The position numbers and the translations under genes are program-made. From Anaerovoracaceae bacterium (GTDB lineage: Bacteria; Bacillota; Clostridia; Peptostreptococcales; Anaerovoracaceae), in the NCBI GenBank assembly GCA_045599945.1, contig JAZRWY010000029.1:6-64005 (forward strand): 64,000 bases of DNA, written 5' to 3'. The notes below the pieces were generated by a model. That model saw only the letters and a program-made list of their open reading frames with translations. It had not been told where the DNA came from and made no database searches. Numbering within the stretch: position 1 is the first letter of the stretch; every line of letters starts with the position of its first letter. This document shows positions 16,497-28,914 of this stretch, piece after piece.

Positions 16497-17951
16497 TTAT
16501 CCAAAGAATGAACCGAACTGTGCAATCAATACAACGACCAGAATAACTGGGGATACAATCTTATAGCAGATATCGAAGTAGCTTCTCGCTGTCCATTTTG
16601 TAACGCCAGGAGTCTTCTGTACTTCCCGGTTGATGAATTCTGAGCCGGTTACCCATCCTACCATGATACACATCAGGAATGCACCAAGAGGCATCAGTAT
16701 GCCTTCCGTGATAACATCATAGAAATCCAGCCAGCAGTCGTTCCAGCCATGGATATTGTCTGTCATGCCAAACAGTTCTGCCGGAGTCATGCACATTGCG
16801 CCGCCGCTGATACCGCCGCCCAGTGCGTCGAAAGATACCGGAATGCCGAATGCAAAGATCAGCACACCAATGATTATTGTCGGTATTCTTCTCTTTGAAG
16901 AATCCAGCCCTTTGTCTGCCTTTCTGTCCATGACAAATGTAACAACACCTTCTACCAGTGAAATGGATGAAGTAACTGCTGCAATGAATACCAGAAGGTA
17001 GAACAGGAAGCCCATGAATGCGCCAATAAATCCGCCCATGCCTTCCGCAAATACAGAATGTAATGTTACAAACAGAAGTCCAGGACCCTGGCCCGGTTCC
17101 AGACCATAGGCAAAGCATGCAGGCATTACTGCCATGCCGGCCATGATTGCCACGCATGTATCTGCAATAACAATGACTGTTGAGTTCTTCACCAGTGCCG
17201 TTTCCTTTGTCAGGTAGGAACCAAATGTGATCATAATGCCCATTGCCAGCGACAGGGAGAAGAACATCTGCCCGGCTGCCGTTTTGACAATCGTCCATAA
17301 TCCCACTTCTTTGATTGCTTCCGTATGAACGCCGAACATGAACTTGTATCCTTCACCGGCGCCCGGCTGAAAAGCAACATATATGATTACTACGCCCAGC
17401 AATACTGCAAGAGCAGGCATTGCGACAGATGAAAACTTCTCGATGCCGCCGGATACACCCGCACTAACGATGAATACGGTTACTGCCATGAAGATCAGAA
17501 GGCATAGTATCATCTGTCCGCCGTTTCCTACAAATCCGCCGAAGAAATCGCCGGATGCCGTCGTCATTACTGCTGCAGTGGATGGCTTAAATATTGCTGC
17601 CAGAAACGATACCATGTATTTCAGTACAATACCGCCAAGAACTGCATAAAATGATGTGATCAGAAATCCGCAGAATACGCCGAAGTATCCTACAAATGTG
17701 AATTTTTTACATAAAGCTCTGTATGCTCCTACAGGGCCTCTTCCTGTCTGTCTACCCATGGAAAATTCGCCGAGCATTACTACTACACCTACCAGCGCTG
17801 CTAATACCAGATAAACAACAAGGAATATTCCGCCGCCGTTCATGCCCATCTTGTATGGGAATCCCCAAATGTTGCCAAGACCTACAGCAGAACCTATAGC
17901 CGCCATCAGGAATCCAAAGGTCGATCCCCAGCTATCTCTATTCTCTGCCAT
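16497..17951 (-). CDS. sodium-dependent transporter, SNF (neurotransmitter:sodium symporter) family
   Basis: Contains WGSTFGFLMAAIGSAVGLGNIWGFPY, the NSS signature, with about 12 TM segments. Confidence 0.92.
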   Translation of the reverse strand: MAENRDSWGSTFGFLMAAIGSAVGLGNIWGFPYKMGMNGGGIFLVVYLVLAALVGVVVMLGEFSMGRQTGRGPVGAYRALCKKFTFVGYFGVFCGFLITSFYAVLGGIVLKYMVSFLAAIFKPSTAAVMTTASGDFFGGFVGNGGQMILCLLIFMAVTVFIVSAGVSGGIEKFSSVAMPALAVLLGVVIIYVAFQPGAGEGYKFMFGVHTEAIKEVGLWTIVKTAAGQMFFSLSLAMGIMITFGSYLTKETALVKNSTVIVIADTCVAIMAGMAVMPACFAYGLEPGQGPGLLFVTLHSVFAEGMGGFIGAFMGFLFYLLVFIAAVTSSISLVEGVVTFVMDRKADKGLDSSKRRIPTIIIGVLIFAFGIPVSFDALGGGISGGAMCMTPAELFGMTDNIHGWNDCWLDFYDVITEGILMPLGAFLMCIMVGWVTGSEFINREVQKTPGVTKWTARSYFDICYKIVSPVILVVVLIAQFGSFFG

Positions 17952-18002
17952 TGAGAAACCTCCTAATATATTTATTATTATTTTATAAACACAACAGACT
18001 TC

Positions 18003-18031
18003 ATTGTATAATCTAGAAATTCTTTTGTCAA
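18003..18031 (-). promoter_or_regulatory. promoter of the SNF transporter gene (TTGACA-17-TACAAT)
   Basis: The minus strand reads TTGACA aaagaatttctagatta TACAAT. Confidence 0.7.
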
Positions 18032-18075
18032 CCGGGATATGTAAAAAAGAGCAGATGGCACAGCATTTTTCTCTG

Positions 18076-18105
18076 CAAAAAAGCCCCAGTGCTGTTCTGG
18101 GGCTT
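18076..18105 (-). terminator. intrinsic terminator after nifJ/PFOR
   Basis: The minus strand reads AAGCCCCAG-aacagca-CTGGGGCTT followed by TTTT. Confidence 0.85.
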
Positions 18106-18200
18106 GATAATCTGCTGTAATAATCTATTGTCAGTATATATTTATGGAACTTTTAACATTCAAGGAGATTATATGCAGTCCAGCAGATTATTGAACCATT

Positions 18201-21764
<3,564 letters not shown>

Positions 21765-21827
21765 TTACACTTTTTTGTATCTGTATAAGTACATCTAATG
21801 TATATATAAGGCTCCCTAATGTATGAA

Positions 21828-21857
21828 ATGATACCATATCTTCAGGGGAAAAGTCAA
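21828..21857 (-). promoter_or_regulatory. promoter of nifJ (TTGACT-18-TGgTATCAT)
   Basis: The minus strand reads TTGACT tttcccctgaagatatgg TATCAT. Confidence 0.6.
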
Positions 21858-21961
21858 CCAAAAAACGCGATGTTTTTCATGTATACATAACACAAGAAAT
21901 GATGCGAAAACAGTGAGAATAGTAAGACAATTCTGCGAACGTAAAACCCGCCGAAATGCAG

Positions 21962-21984
21962 AGAAAAACCCCGCTTTCGCGAGG
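21962..21984 (-). terminator. intrinsic terminator after recR
   Basis: The minus strand reads CCTCGC-GAAA-GCGGGG followed by TTTTTCTC. Confidence 0.75.
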
Positions 21985-21991
21985 TATGCAT

Positions 21992-22591
21992 CTAGATTTC
22001 TCTTCTTCCTTCCAAGGCTTTCAGAAGGGTAATTTCATCGGTATATTCCAGGTCTCCGCCCACCGGAATTCCATGGGCAATTCTGGTTACTTTTATTCCT
22101 GCCGGCTTAATGAGTCTGGCAATGTACATTGCAGTTGCCTCTCCTTCTATGGTCGGATTGGTTGCAATGACCAGTTCCTGAACATCTTCTTTCTGAAGCC
22201 GGATAATCAGGGACTTCAGATTGATGTCCTCCGGTCCGATTCCATCCATCGGCGAAATGGCTCCATGGAGCACATGATAGAGTCCATCAAATTCCCGGAT
22301 TCTTTCCATGGCAAAAACATCTCTCGGACTTTCCACCACGCAGATGACCGCTCTGTTTCTTCCGGAGTCACTGCAGATGCTGCAAGGATCTGTATCGGTC
22401 AGATTCCCGCAGACCGAGCAGTATTTCATCTCCTTCTTTGCTGTCATGATTGCGCTGGAAAGCGATGCTACTGCCTCCTCATCCATGGACAGAATGTGAA
22501 AAGCCAGCCGCTGGGCCGTCTTTCCTCCGATGCCCGGCAGCCTGGAAAGCTCACTGATTAATTTGTTCAAAGGCCTCGCATATGTCTTCAT
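21992..22591 (-). CDS. recR: recombination protein RecR
   Basis: Contains [21 protein letters not shown], a C4 zinc finger ([16 protein letters not shown]) and a Toprim domain. Confidence 0.95.
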   Translation of the reverse strand: MKTYARPLNKLISELSRLPGIGGKTAQRLAFHILSMDEEAVASLSSAIMTAKKEMKYCSVCGNLTDTDPCSICSDSGRNRAVICVVESPRDVFAMERIREFDGLYHVLHGAISPMDGIGPEDINLKSLIIRLQKEDVQELVIATNPTIEGEATAMYIARLIKPAGIKVTRIAHGIPVGGDLEYTDEITLLKALEGRREI

Positions 22592-22593
22592 CG

Positions 22594-22950
22594 TTAAAGC
22601 AGTCCCGGAGGAAGTCCAAGGCTTCCTGTCACCTTATTCATCTCATTTGCTGCGATTTCATCCATCTGTCTTAATGCTTCATTCACCGCAACCAGAATCA
22701 GATCTTCCAGCATTTCCACATCATCAGGATCTACGACTTCAGGCTTGATTGCAATGCTTTTAATCTGCTTGTTTCCTGTAACTGTGACTTCAACAGCACC
22801 GCCGCCGGCAGTTGTTGTTGTTTCCATTTCATCAATTTTTTCCTGCGCTTCCTGCATCTTTCTCTGCATTGCCTGCACCTGTGCCATCTGTGCCTGCATG
22901 TTTCCGCCGCCGGTCTTAGGCTTCCTGCCGGCTCTCATTCCTTTTCCCAT
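22594..22950 (-). CDS. ybaB: YbaB/EbfC nucleoid-associated protein
   Basis: 118 aa with a Q/M-rich N-terminus. Contains [11 protein letters not shown]...[19 protein letters not shown]. Confidence 0.92.
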   Translation of the reverse strand: MGKGMRAGRKPKTGGGNMQAQMAQVQAMQRKMQEAQEKIDEMETTTTAGGGAVEVTVTGNKQIKSIAIKPEVVDPDDVEMLEDLILVAVNEALRQMDEIAANEMNKVTGSLGLPPGLL

Positions 22951-22966
22951 AATCTTGATTCCTCCA

Positions 22967-24499
22967 TTATTCTAGTGCTACATTAAGCCCCAGAACACTC
23001 TCTGCTTCTTTTGCAAGTTCTTCCGCTTGTGTCTTTGTCTGCACCGCAGTTTCCTGATTGTCCTTCAGTTTCATGACCATCGGCCGCCCGACAATCTTTT
23101 CCGCCTTGCTCTCCATGTTTTCTCTGCTGTTTCCCAGCAGTTCCAGAACTGCACTGTTGCAGGATTCCACAACAAAGGTATCTCCCTTTACTTCTGTGAT
23201 GGAACAGCTGGTGCGCATCATCATAAGACTCGGCTGGTCTGCTGCAGCCTGGACAATGAGATTTCTCCGGAGCTTTTCCAGCTCAGCGACAGCATCTTCT
23301 GCTGCAGGTTTTTCTTCCTTCTTCGCAGCAGGTACCTCCTCCTGTTTCTTTTCAGGTTCCGCCTTCTTTTCTTTCGGTGCAGGATTCATCACTCTGACCG
23401 GCACCTTCTGCATTTCCTCATAAATGGATGACATTTTTACAATGGCAAGTTCCAGCAGGATTCTCGGCTGCGTAGACCATTTGGCATCCGCAATCGCTCT
23501 GGAAAGTTCCATGATGCAGGTGCTGATCTCGCTGACACCCAGCGTATCCGCCTGACTTCTGATTCTTGCAGCATTCTCCTCCGAAATATTCAGCATGTCC
23601 TCCGGAGATGCAATGTATTTTGCGATCAGAAGGGCCCGGTAATGGGCAAGCCAGTCCTTCATGAGCTGACGGACTTCCTTTCCCTCTGCAAGGACCTGAT
23701 TCAGAATGACAAGGGCTTCTGCCGTGTCATGGATTGCCACATGATGTGTCAGTTCAATGAATACTTCCTCCGCCGGCGTTCCCAGAAGTTCCAGAACATC
23801 ATCTCTGACGATTTCCGTTTTCCCTCCGGAAAGACACTGGTCCAGAATGGACAGACAGTCTCTGACAGAACCGTCTGCATTGACTGCGATGATGCCCAGC
23901 GCTGCATCAGAAATGGCAATTCCTCTTTCTGTACAGATCTCCCGCATGCCTTTCTTTAAAAGGTTTTCAGATACTCTTCTGAAATCCAGCCGCATGCATC
24001 TGGAAAGAATCGTTGCCGGAAGCTTCTGCGGCTCAGTGGTCGCCAGGATGAACATGACATGCTCCGGCGGTTCCTCCAATGTCTTCAGAAGCGCATTGAA
24101 TGCACCCGCGGAAAGCATGTGCACTTCATCGATGATATATACTTTTTTCCTGCCGATGGCAGGCGGATATTTTACGCTTTCCCTAAGCTCACGGATATTT
24201 TCCACACCATTGTTGGATGCTGCATCGATTTCTATGACATCAATGAACGTGCCGTCCTTGATTGCCCGGCAGCTGGCGCAGGTACCGCAGGGGCGCGCAC
24301 CTTCAGAAAGACAGTTCACGCCCTTAGCCAGAATTCTGGCTGTCGTCGTCTTGCCGGTCCCTCTTGTTCCGCATAGAAGATAGGCGTGTCCGACCTTGTC
24401 GCTCTCCAGCTGATGCCTGAGTATCCTGACAATATGATCCTGCCCGAGAATCTCATCGAAGACCTCCGGGCGGTATGCTCTGTATAAAGCCTGGTACAT
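22967..24499 (-). CDS. dnaX: DNA polymerase III subunit gamma/tau
   Basis: Begins MYQALYRAYRP; also contains GTRGTGKTTTARI, a zinc module (CGTCASC) and IDEVHML. The longer ORF start at 24577 was rejected because it would run into the SRP RNA. Confidence 0.93.
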   Translation of the reverse strand: MYQALYRAYRPEVFDEILGQDHIVRILRHQLESDKVGHAYLLCGTRGTGKTTTARILAKGVNCLSEGARPCGTCASCRAIKDGTFIDVIEIDAASNNGVENIRELRESVKYPPAIGRKKVYIIDEVHMLSAGAFNALLKTLEEPPEHVMFILATTEPQKLPATILSRCMRLDFRRVSENLLKKGMREICTERGIAISDAALGIIAVNADGSVRDCLSILDQCLSGGKTEIVRDDVLELLGTPAEEVFIELTHHVAIHDTAEALVILNQVLAEGKEVRQLMKDWLAHYRALLIAKYIASPEDMLNISEENAARIRSQADTLGVSEISTCIMELSRAIADAKWSTQPRILLELAIVKMSSIYEEMQKVPVRVMNPAPKEKKAEPEKKQEEVPAAKKEEKPAAEDAVAELEKLRRNLIVQAAADQPSLMMMRTSCSITEVKGDTFVVESCNSAVLELLGNSRENMESKAEKIVGRPMVMKLKDNQETAVQTKTQAEELAKEAESVLGLNVALE

Positions 24500-24526
24500 A
24501 ATCTGCTCCCAATCAATAAATAGATA

Positions 24527-24690
24527 GATTGCCCTTTGATGACCCCGCGAGAAAGAAAAGGCTGATCTGCGGCACATAGGCGCTTCCGCTTATTGCTGCT
24601 TCCTTCCGGACCTGACAAGGTTCACAGAGTCCTATTGCGCAGGACCCGATCAGTCAGGCGAAGCCATCAAAGGGCAATGAAATTGTCTAC
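24527..24690 (-). ncRNA. ffs: signal recognition particle RNA (ffs/scr), short form; ends approximate
   Basis: The minus strand contains the universal domain IV motif GTCAGGTCCGGAAGGAAGCAGC. A closing 13-bp helix pairs TTGCCCTTTGATG with CATCAAAGGGCAA. The position upstream of dnaX matches Firmicutes. Confidence 0.85.
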
Positions 24691-24696
24691 CCATCT

Positions 24697-24725
24697 ATTA
24701 TATTAACATCTTGCATTTTCGTCAA
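24697..24725 (-). promoter_or_regulatory. promoter of the SRP RNA (TTGACG-17-TATAAT)
   Basis: The minus strand reads TTGACG aaaatgcaagatgttaa TATAAT. Confidence 0.75.
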
Positions 24726-24751
24726 GTCCAATTCCCGAATCCGGTCCTGGC

Positions 24752-25954
24752 CTACATACTGAAATCGGTAATGATCCAGTCAACATCCTGCAGTTCATAT
24801 TCACGGCCGCAGAATGGACAGCTGCGATGCTTGTATGCATCAAATACACCCCCGCAGCTTCTGCAATTGATGGCATGAACAGCAAAAGGATTGTTGACTC
24901 TTCCTTTGAGATCCTTCTTCAGACTCACTTGAACCGTTTCGTCTTTCTTATGAATCTTCTTTCCGTCATAATGCAGATTTTCAAGAAATACTTTTACTCT
25001 AGCATTCGCAACATCTCCCGCAATGGAACAGTCCTCCAGTTTGAGTGCCCCCCGGAAAGTACTGCTTACCACATCTTCAAAGAGAGAATTCTCTTTTCCC
25101 ATATAGAATGGAAGCTGCTCATCCCGGTCTGAAAATATCATGACCTGTACCATGGATGTTACAATTCCGGTAAAGAACTCATAGGTATATTCCGGTGAAT
25201 ACCGGGACATGATCTTCTCAAACTTCTTGTTCGAACCGATTGCACCAAGCATCGGTGCAGAACGGGCACCTTCCTTCACGACTGCCCCAAACTTTTTGAT
25301 TGCCCATACGACATATCCAAGGAATGCACAAAGCAAAGCGGCCATGGCGCTGCCAAAGATTGCTTCAAAACTCACTCCGTTATGCATCAGCGAAAAGATT
25401 CCGACGATAATGCCAATGATCAGCCCAGTAATCACAAACGGCCTTGCGCTGCTGTGCTTTTTCCCTGCTTCGCTGAGATTTTTCACACTGAAGGCGCTGC
25501 TGATTTTCGGAAACAGTTCTGCCATTTCAAAATGGGTGCCGCAGAACCGGCAGCCTTCTTCGAGTTCCTTGATTTTTGCCGGCGCTCCGCAGTTCGGGCA
25601 GCAGTATACCTCTTCTCCATAGAGTCTTCCGCCTTTTGTATCTGTCACCGTTGCATAGCAGATCCTATCCTCGGACTCTGCATAGAGTTTCTTTTCTCCG
25701 CTCTGAATAGTTTCTGTGAGTATGCCGTCATGGGCATACATCTCACTGACATATCGCTCATCTTCACATCTGGATATTTTCATTCCGTTGAGCGTCCCTG
25801 TTCCGGAAGCATATTTCAGTTTCCTTGTGAGGCCGAACTTCTGCAGTCTCTTTTCACGCAGTTCTCCGGCATACTTTAGGCCGCGAAGGGCCTCCTTTGG
25901 TTCCGTCTCTGAAATGTGATAATAATACAGTTTTGTAAAATTTGCACCATCCAT
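24752..25954 (-). CDS. uncharacterised membrane protein: zinc ribbon - 2 TM - Tim44/SnoaL-like domain - zinc ribbon
   Basis: 400 aa containing CPNCG...CRFCG, two hydrophobic helices (PFVITGLIIGIIVGIF and AMAALLCAFLGYVVWAI) and CRSCG...CPFCG. It starts 26 nt downstream of the AIR-synthase-like gene. Confidence 0.75.
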   Translation of the reverse strand: MDGANFTKLYYYHISETEPKEALRGLKYAGELREKRLQKFGLTRKLKYASGTGTLNGMKISRCEDERYVSEMYAHDGILTETIQSGEKKLYAESEDRICYATVTDTKGGRLYGEEVYCCPNCGAPAKIKELEEGCRFCGTHFEMAELFPKISSAFSVKNLSEAGKKHSSARPFVITGLIIGIIVGIFSLMHNGVSFEAIFGSAMAALLCAFLGYVVWAIKKFGAVVKEGARSAPMLGAIGSNKKFEKIMSRYSPEYTYEFFTGIVTSMVQVMIFSDRDEQLPFYMGKENSLFEDVVSSTFRGALKLEDCSIAGDVANARVKVFLENLHYDGKKIHKKDETVQVSLKKDLKGRVNNPFAVHAINCRSCGGVFDAYKHRSCPFCGREYELQDVDWIITDFSM

Positions 25955-25979
25955 CTTCTTTTTCTCCTTTTTCCTTCGA

Positions 25980-26954
25980 TTATTTAATTACCTTATATAT
26001 CTCATCCGCAGCCGGCGGATCAATGACCGTTTCCACTCCATCCATCACCATGCGGATGCCGTATTCTTCTTCCTTTATTTCTCCAATCTGTGTAATCTCT
26101 TCGATATCCTTCATGAGGGCTGCCTTCTTCTCCGGATCTGCAATGATCAGCATGCATCCGGAAGATATGAGCCGAAGATGGTTCAGACCCAATGCTTCGG
26201 ACAGTTTCCTTGTCACTTCTGTCACAGGAACAGCAGAAACATTCAGACACGCACCCACTTTTCCGACACTGGCCATCTCCCAGACTGCGCCCAGGACGCC
26301 TCCTTCCGTGATATCGTGCATTGCCGATACTCCGATTTTTCCTGCCGCAACGCCTTCCTGAACAACACTGACCCGGTCAAGATATCCTCTTGCCTCGCAG
26401 ATCTCGTCGTCATTCAGATACCTGGAGATCTCTTCTCTTTCGGAGGCGATGATTCCGGTTCCTTCCAGGCCGCAGGATTTGGTCATGAAAATGAGGTCTC
26501 CTGCCTTGATTTTTTCTTTCTTCCGGCTCTTCTGGTCAATTCCCACCGCGGTGGAACAGATCACCGGCTGATTGACCGCTGCAGTGATTTCCGTATGTCC
26601 GCCGATGATTTCAACTTCCATCCGTTCTGCTGCCCTGGCTGCCTGTTTCATGATGCTTTCAACGTCTTCTTCTGTTGTCCCGACGGGAAGAAGCACACAT
26701 AGCATGATGCCGACCGGCTGCACCCCATTGGATGCAATGTCATTGCACGATATGTGAATGGCAAGCCTCCCGATATCCTTTACGGAAGCTGTGATGGGAT
26801 CTGTGCTCATGACACAGATTTTTTCTCCGAAATCCACTTCTGCACAGTCTTCTCCGATTCCCGGTCTGGTCAGAATCTCTTCTCTTCTGTATGTGATGTT
26901 ACCAAAAATGATTCTTTTCAGAATCTCACTATCTAATTTTCCTGTTTCCAACAT
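25980..26954 (-). CDS. AIR synthase-related (PurM/HypE/ThiL superfamily) protein
   Basis: 324 aa containing GIGEDCAEV, STDPIT and GGHTE. The specific function is not assignable. Confidence 0.8.
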   Translation of the reverse strand: MLETGKLDSEILKRIIFGNITYRREEILTRPGIGEDCAEVDFGEKICVMSTDPITASVKDIGRLAIHISCNDIASNGVQPVGIMLCVLLPVGTTEEDVESIMKQAARAAERMEVEIIGGHTEITAAVNQPVICSTAVGIDQKSRKKEKIKAGDLIFMTKSCGLEGTGIIASEREEISRYLNDDEICEARGYLDRVSVVQEGVAAGKIGVSAMHDITEGGVLGAVWEMASVGKVGACLNVSAVPVTEVTRKLSEALGLNHLRLISSGCMLIIADPEKKAALMKDIEEITQIGEIKEEEYGIRMVMDGVETVIDPPAADEIYKVIK

Positions 26955-26955
26955 G

Positions 26956-28914
26956 TTACATCTCCAGAAATTCCTCTTCTGTTATGATTGGTATCCCAAG
27001 TTCTTTTGCTTTTTTGTTCTTCGATGAAGAAGAAGTAATATCGTTATTCACCAGGTAGTCCGTCTTGCTGCTGACAGAACCTGCAACTTTTCCGCCTCTT
27101 CTTTCAATGACAAGCTTCATTTCATCTCTGTTTTCAAAGGTATTCAGACTTCCTGTTATGACGAATGTTTTGCCCGACAGATCCTGCTCCCCTTCCTCTT
27201 CCGCTGCTTTCAGATGAAGATATGGAAGGAGTTCTTCCAGCTTTTCAAGATTCTTTTCATTTTCAAAGAAGCGTACATATTCCTTTGCCATGATCTCACC
27301 GATTCCATTGATGGCAATCAGTTCCTCAAAAGAAAGAGAAACGATCTTTTCCCAGTCCGCCCTGCATTCCTTTGCAATGACTTTTGCATTGGCCACACCG
27401 ATGTTTGGTATTCCAATGGCATACAGGAGTCTGTAGCATTCTGTTTCGGAAGCCTTCTTCGCAGACTGTGTCATGTTTTCGAAGGATTTTATTCCAAAGC
27501 CCTCCATGCTGCAGATGGTATCTTTCCATCGATCCAGCCGGAAGAAATCCGCATACGTCCGTATGATGCCCTGGTCAACAAATTTCTCGATGGTTGCCTC
27601 GCTCATTCCTTCAATGTTCAATGCTTCCCGGGACGCAAAATGCTCAAAGGATTTTATATGCTTGATCTGGCAGTCCGGATTGTTACAGACAAGGGTCTGA
27701 ACGCCGTTTTCGTCCCGTATGGCAAGGTTTTGACCGCATACCGGGCAAAACTCCGGAATATCCAGATTTCCGCTCTTTGTGTGGTTTTCCAGCACCTGAG
27801 GGATAATCATATTCGCCTTATATACTTCAATTTCATCTCCGATGCCAAGCCGGAGCTGTTTTAAGATGGACACATTATGCAGTGACGCTCTCGATACCGT
27901 CGTTCCTTCCAGCTCCACCGGCTCAAAAATGGCAACCGGATTGATCAGTCCCGTTCTGGAAGGGCTCCATTCCACTTCCAGAAGGCGGGTTTTGGCCGTT
28001 TCATCTTTCCATTTGAATGCAATAGCATCTCTCGGAAATTTTGCCGTTGCTCCCAGAGACTTTCCATACTGTATGTCATCAAAACACAGAACCAGACCGT
28101 CCGACGGAATGTCATAGGTCAGGATTTCCCCGGCAAACCAGCGGACCGCCTCTTCCATGGTATCTGCTGTTACACGCTGATTCTCCACCGTGACAAATCC
28201 CTGGTCCGAAAGGAATTTCAGCTGTTCCTCTCTGGAATTCTTGAAATCCACATTCTCCGCTTCCACCAGTGTAAACGCATTGAAGCTGACGCCTCTTGCG
28301 GCTGTCACTGCCGGATCCAGCTGGCGAACTGTACCTGCGCACAGGTTTCTCGGATTCTTGTATTTTGCTTCCACGCTTTCCATTTCGCTGTTGATTCTGT
28401 GGAACTGAGAATAGGTAATATATGCTTCGCCGCGGAGCACCAGTCTTCCTTTGTATGGAATTTTCAGCGGAATGTTTTTAAATGTCTTTGCATTCTGGGT
28501 GATAACTTCTCCGATTTCACCATTTCCGCGGGTGACTGCCTTCAGCAGAACGCCGTCCTCATAGGTAAGCACAATGGTCAGGCCGTCCAGTTTCCAGGAG
28601 AGCAGTCCTTCTTTGTCTTTAATGAAGGATTTCAGCACTTCCACATCTTTCGTCTTGTCCAGACTCAGCATCCTGGACGGATGCACTTCCTTTGGAAGAT
28701 CAGACAGCACCTCATAGCCGACATTTACTGTCGGGCTGTCTGCCAGAACAATGCCTGTCTCCTTTTCCAATGCTTCCAGTTCATCATAGAGGGCATCATA
28801 TTCCGCATTGCTCATGAGCTCAATTTCTTCCTGCTCATAGGCTCTTCTTGCTTCATTCAGTATTCTGACCTTCTCTTCAATGAGATCTCTCATGTTTCCT
28901 GTCATTTTAATCAC
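26956..28914 (-). CDS. ligA: NAD-dependent DNA ligase
   Basis: 652 aa containing the adenylation lysine motif (SWKLDG), a Zn finger (CPVCG...C..PDC), HhH repeats and a C-terminal BRCT domain. Confidence 0.96.
   Translation of the reverse strand: MIKMTGNMRDLIEEKVRILNEARRAYEQEEIELMSNAEYDALYDELEALEKETGIVLADSPTVNVGYEVLSDLPKEVHPSRMLSLDKTKDVEVLKSFIKDKEGLLSWKLDGLTIVLTYEDGVLLKAVTRGNGEIGEVITQNAKTFKNIPLKIPYKGRLVLRGEAYITYSQFHRINSEMESVEAKYKNPRNLCAGTVRQLDPAVTAARGVSFNAFTLVEAENVDFKNSREEQLKFLSDQGFVTVENQRVTADTMEEAVRWFAGEILTYDIPSDGLVLCFDDIQYGKSLGATAKFPRDAIAFKWKDETAKTRLLEVEWSPSRTGLINPVAIFEPVELEGTTVSRASLHNVSILKQLRLGIGDEIEVYKANMIIPQVLENHTKSGNLDIPEFCPVCGQNLAIRDENGVQTLVCNNPDCQIKHIKSFEHFASREALNIEGMSEATIEKFVDQGIIRTYADFFRLDRWKDTICSMEGFGIKSFENMTQSAKKASETECYRLLYAIGIPNIGVANAKVIAKECRADWEKIVSLSFEELIAINGIGEIMAKEYVRFFENEKNLEKLEELLPYLHLKAAEEEGEQDLSGKTFVITGSLNTFENRDEMKLVIERRGGKVAGSVSSKTDYLVNNDITSSSSKNKKAKELGIPIITEEEFLEM

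Noticed and set aside
22967-24577. N-terminally extended start codons offered by the ORF track. Examples are dnaX 24577, yicC 3404, pcrA 31164, secG 53633, rimM 12816, rpsE 38426, rpsH 39796, rpsN 40032 and TauE 15069.
   Set aside because: Internal starts match the conserved N-termini of the families and are preceded by good SD sequences. The extensions lack an SD and would overlap the SRP RNA, promoters or upstream genes.
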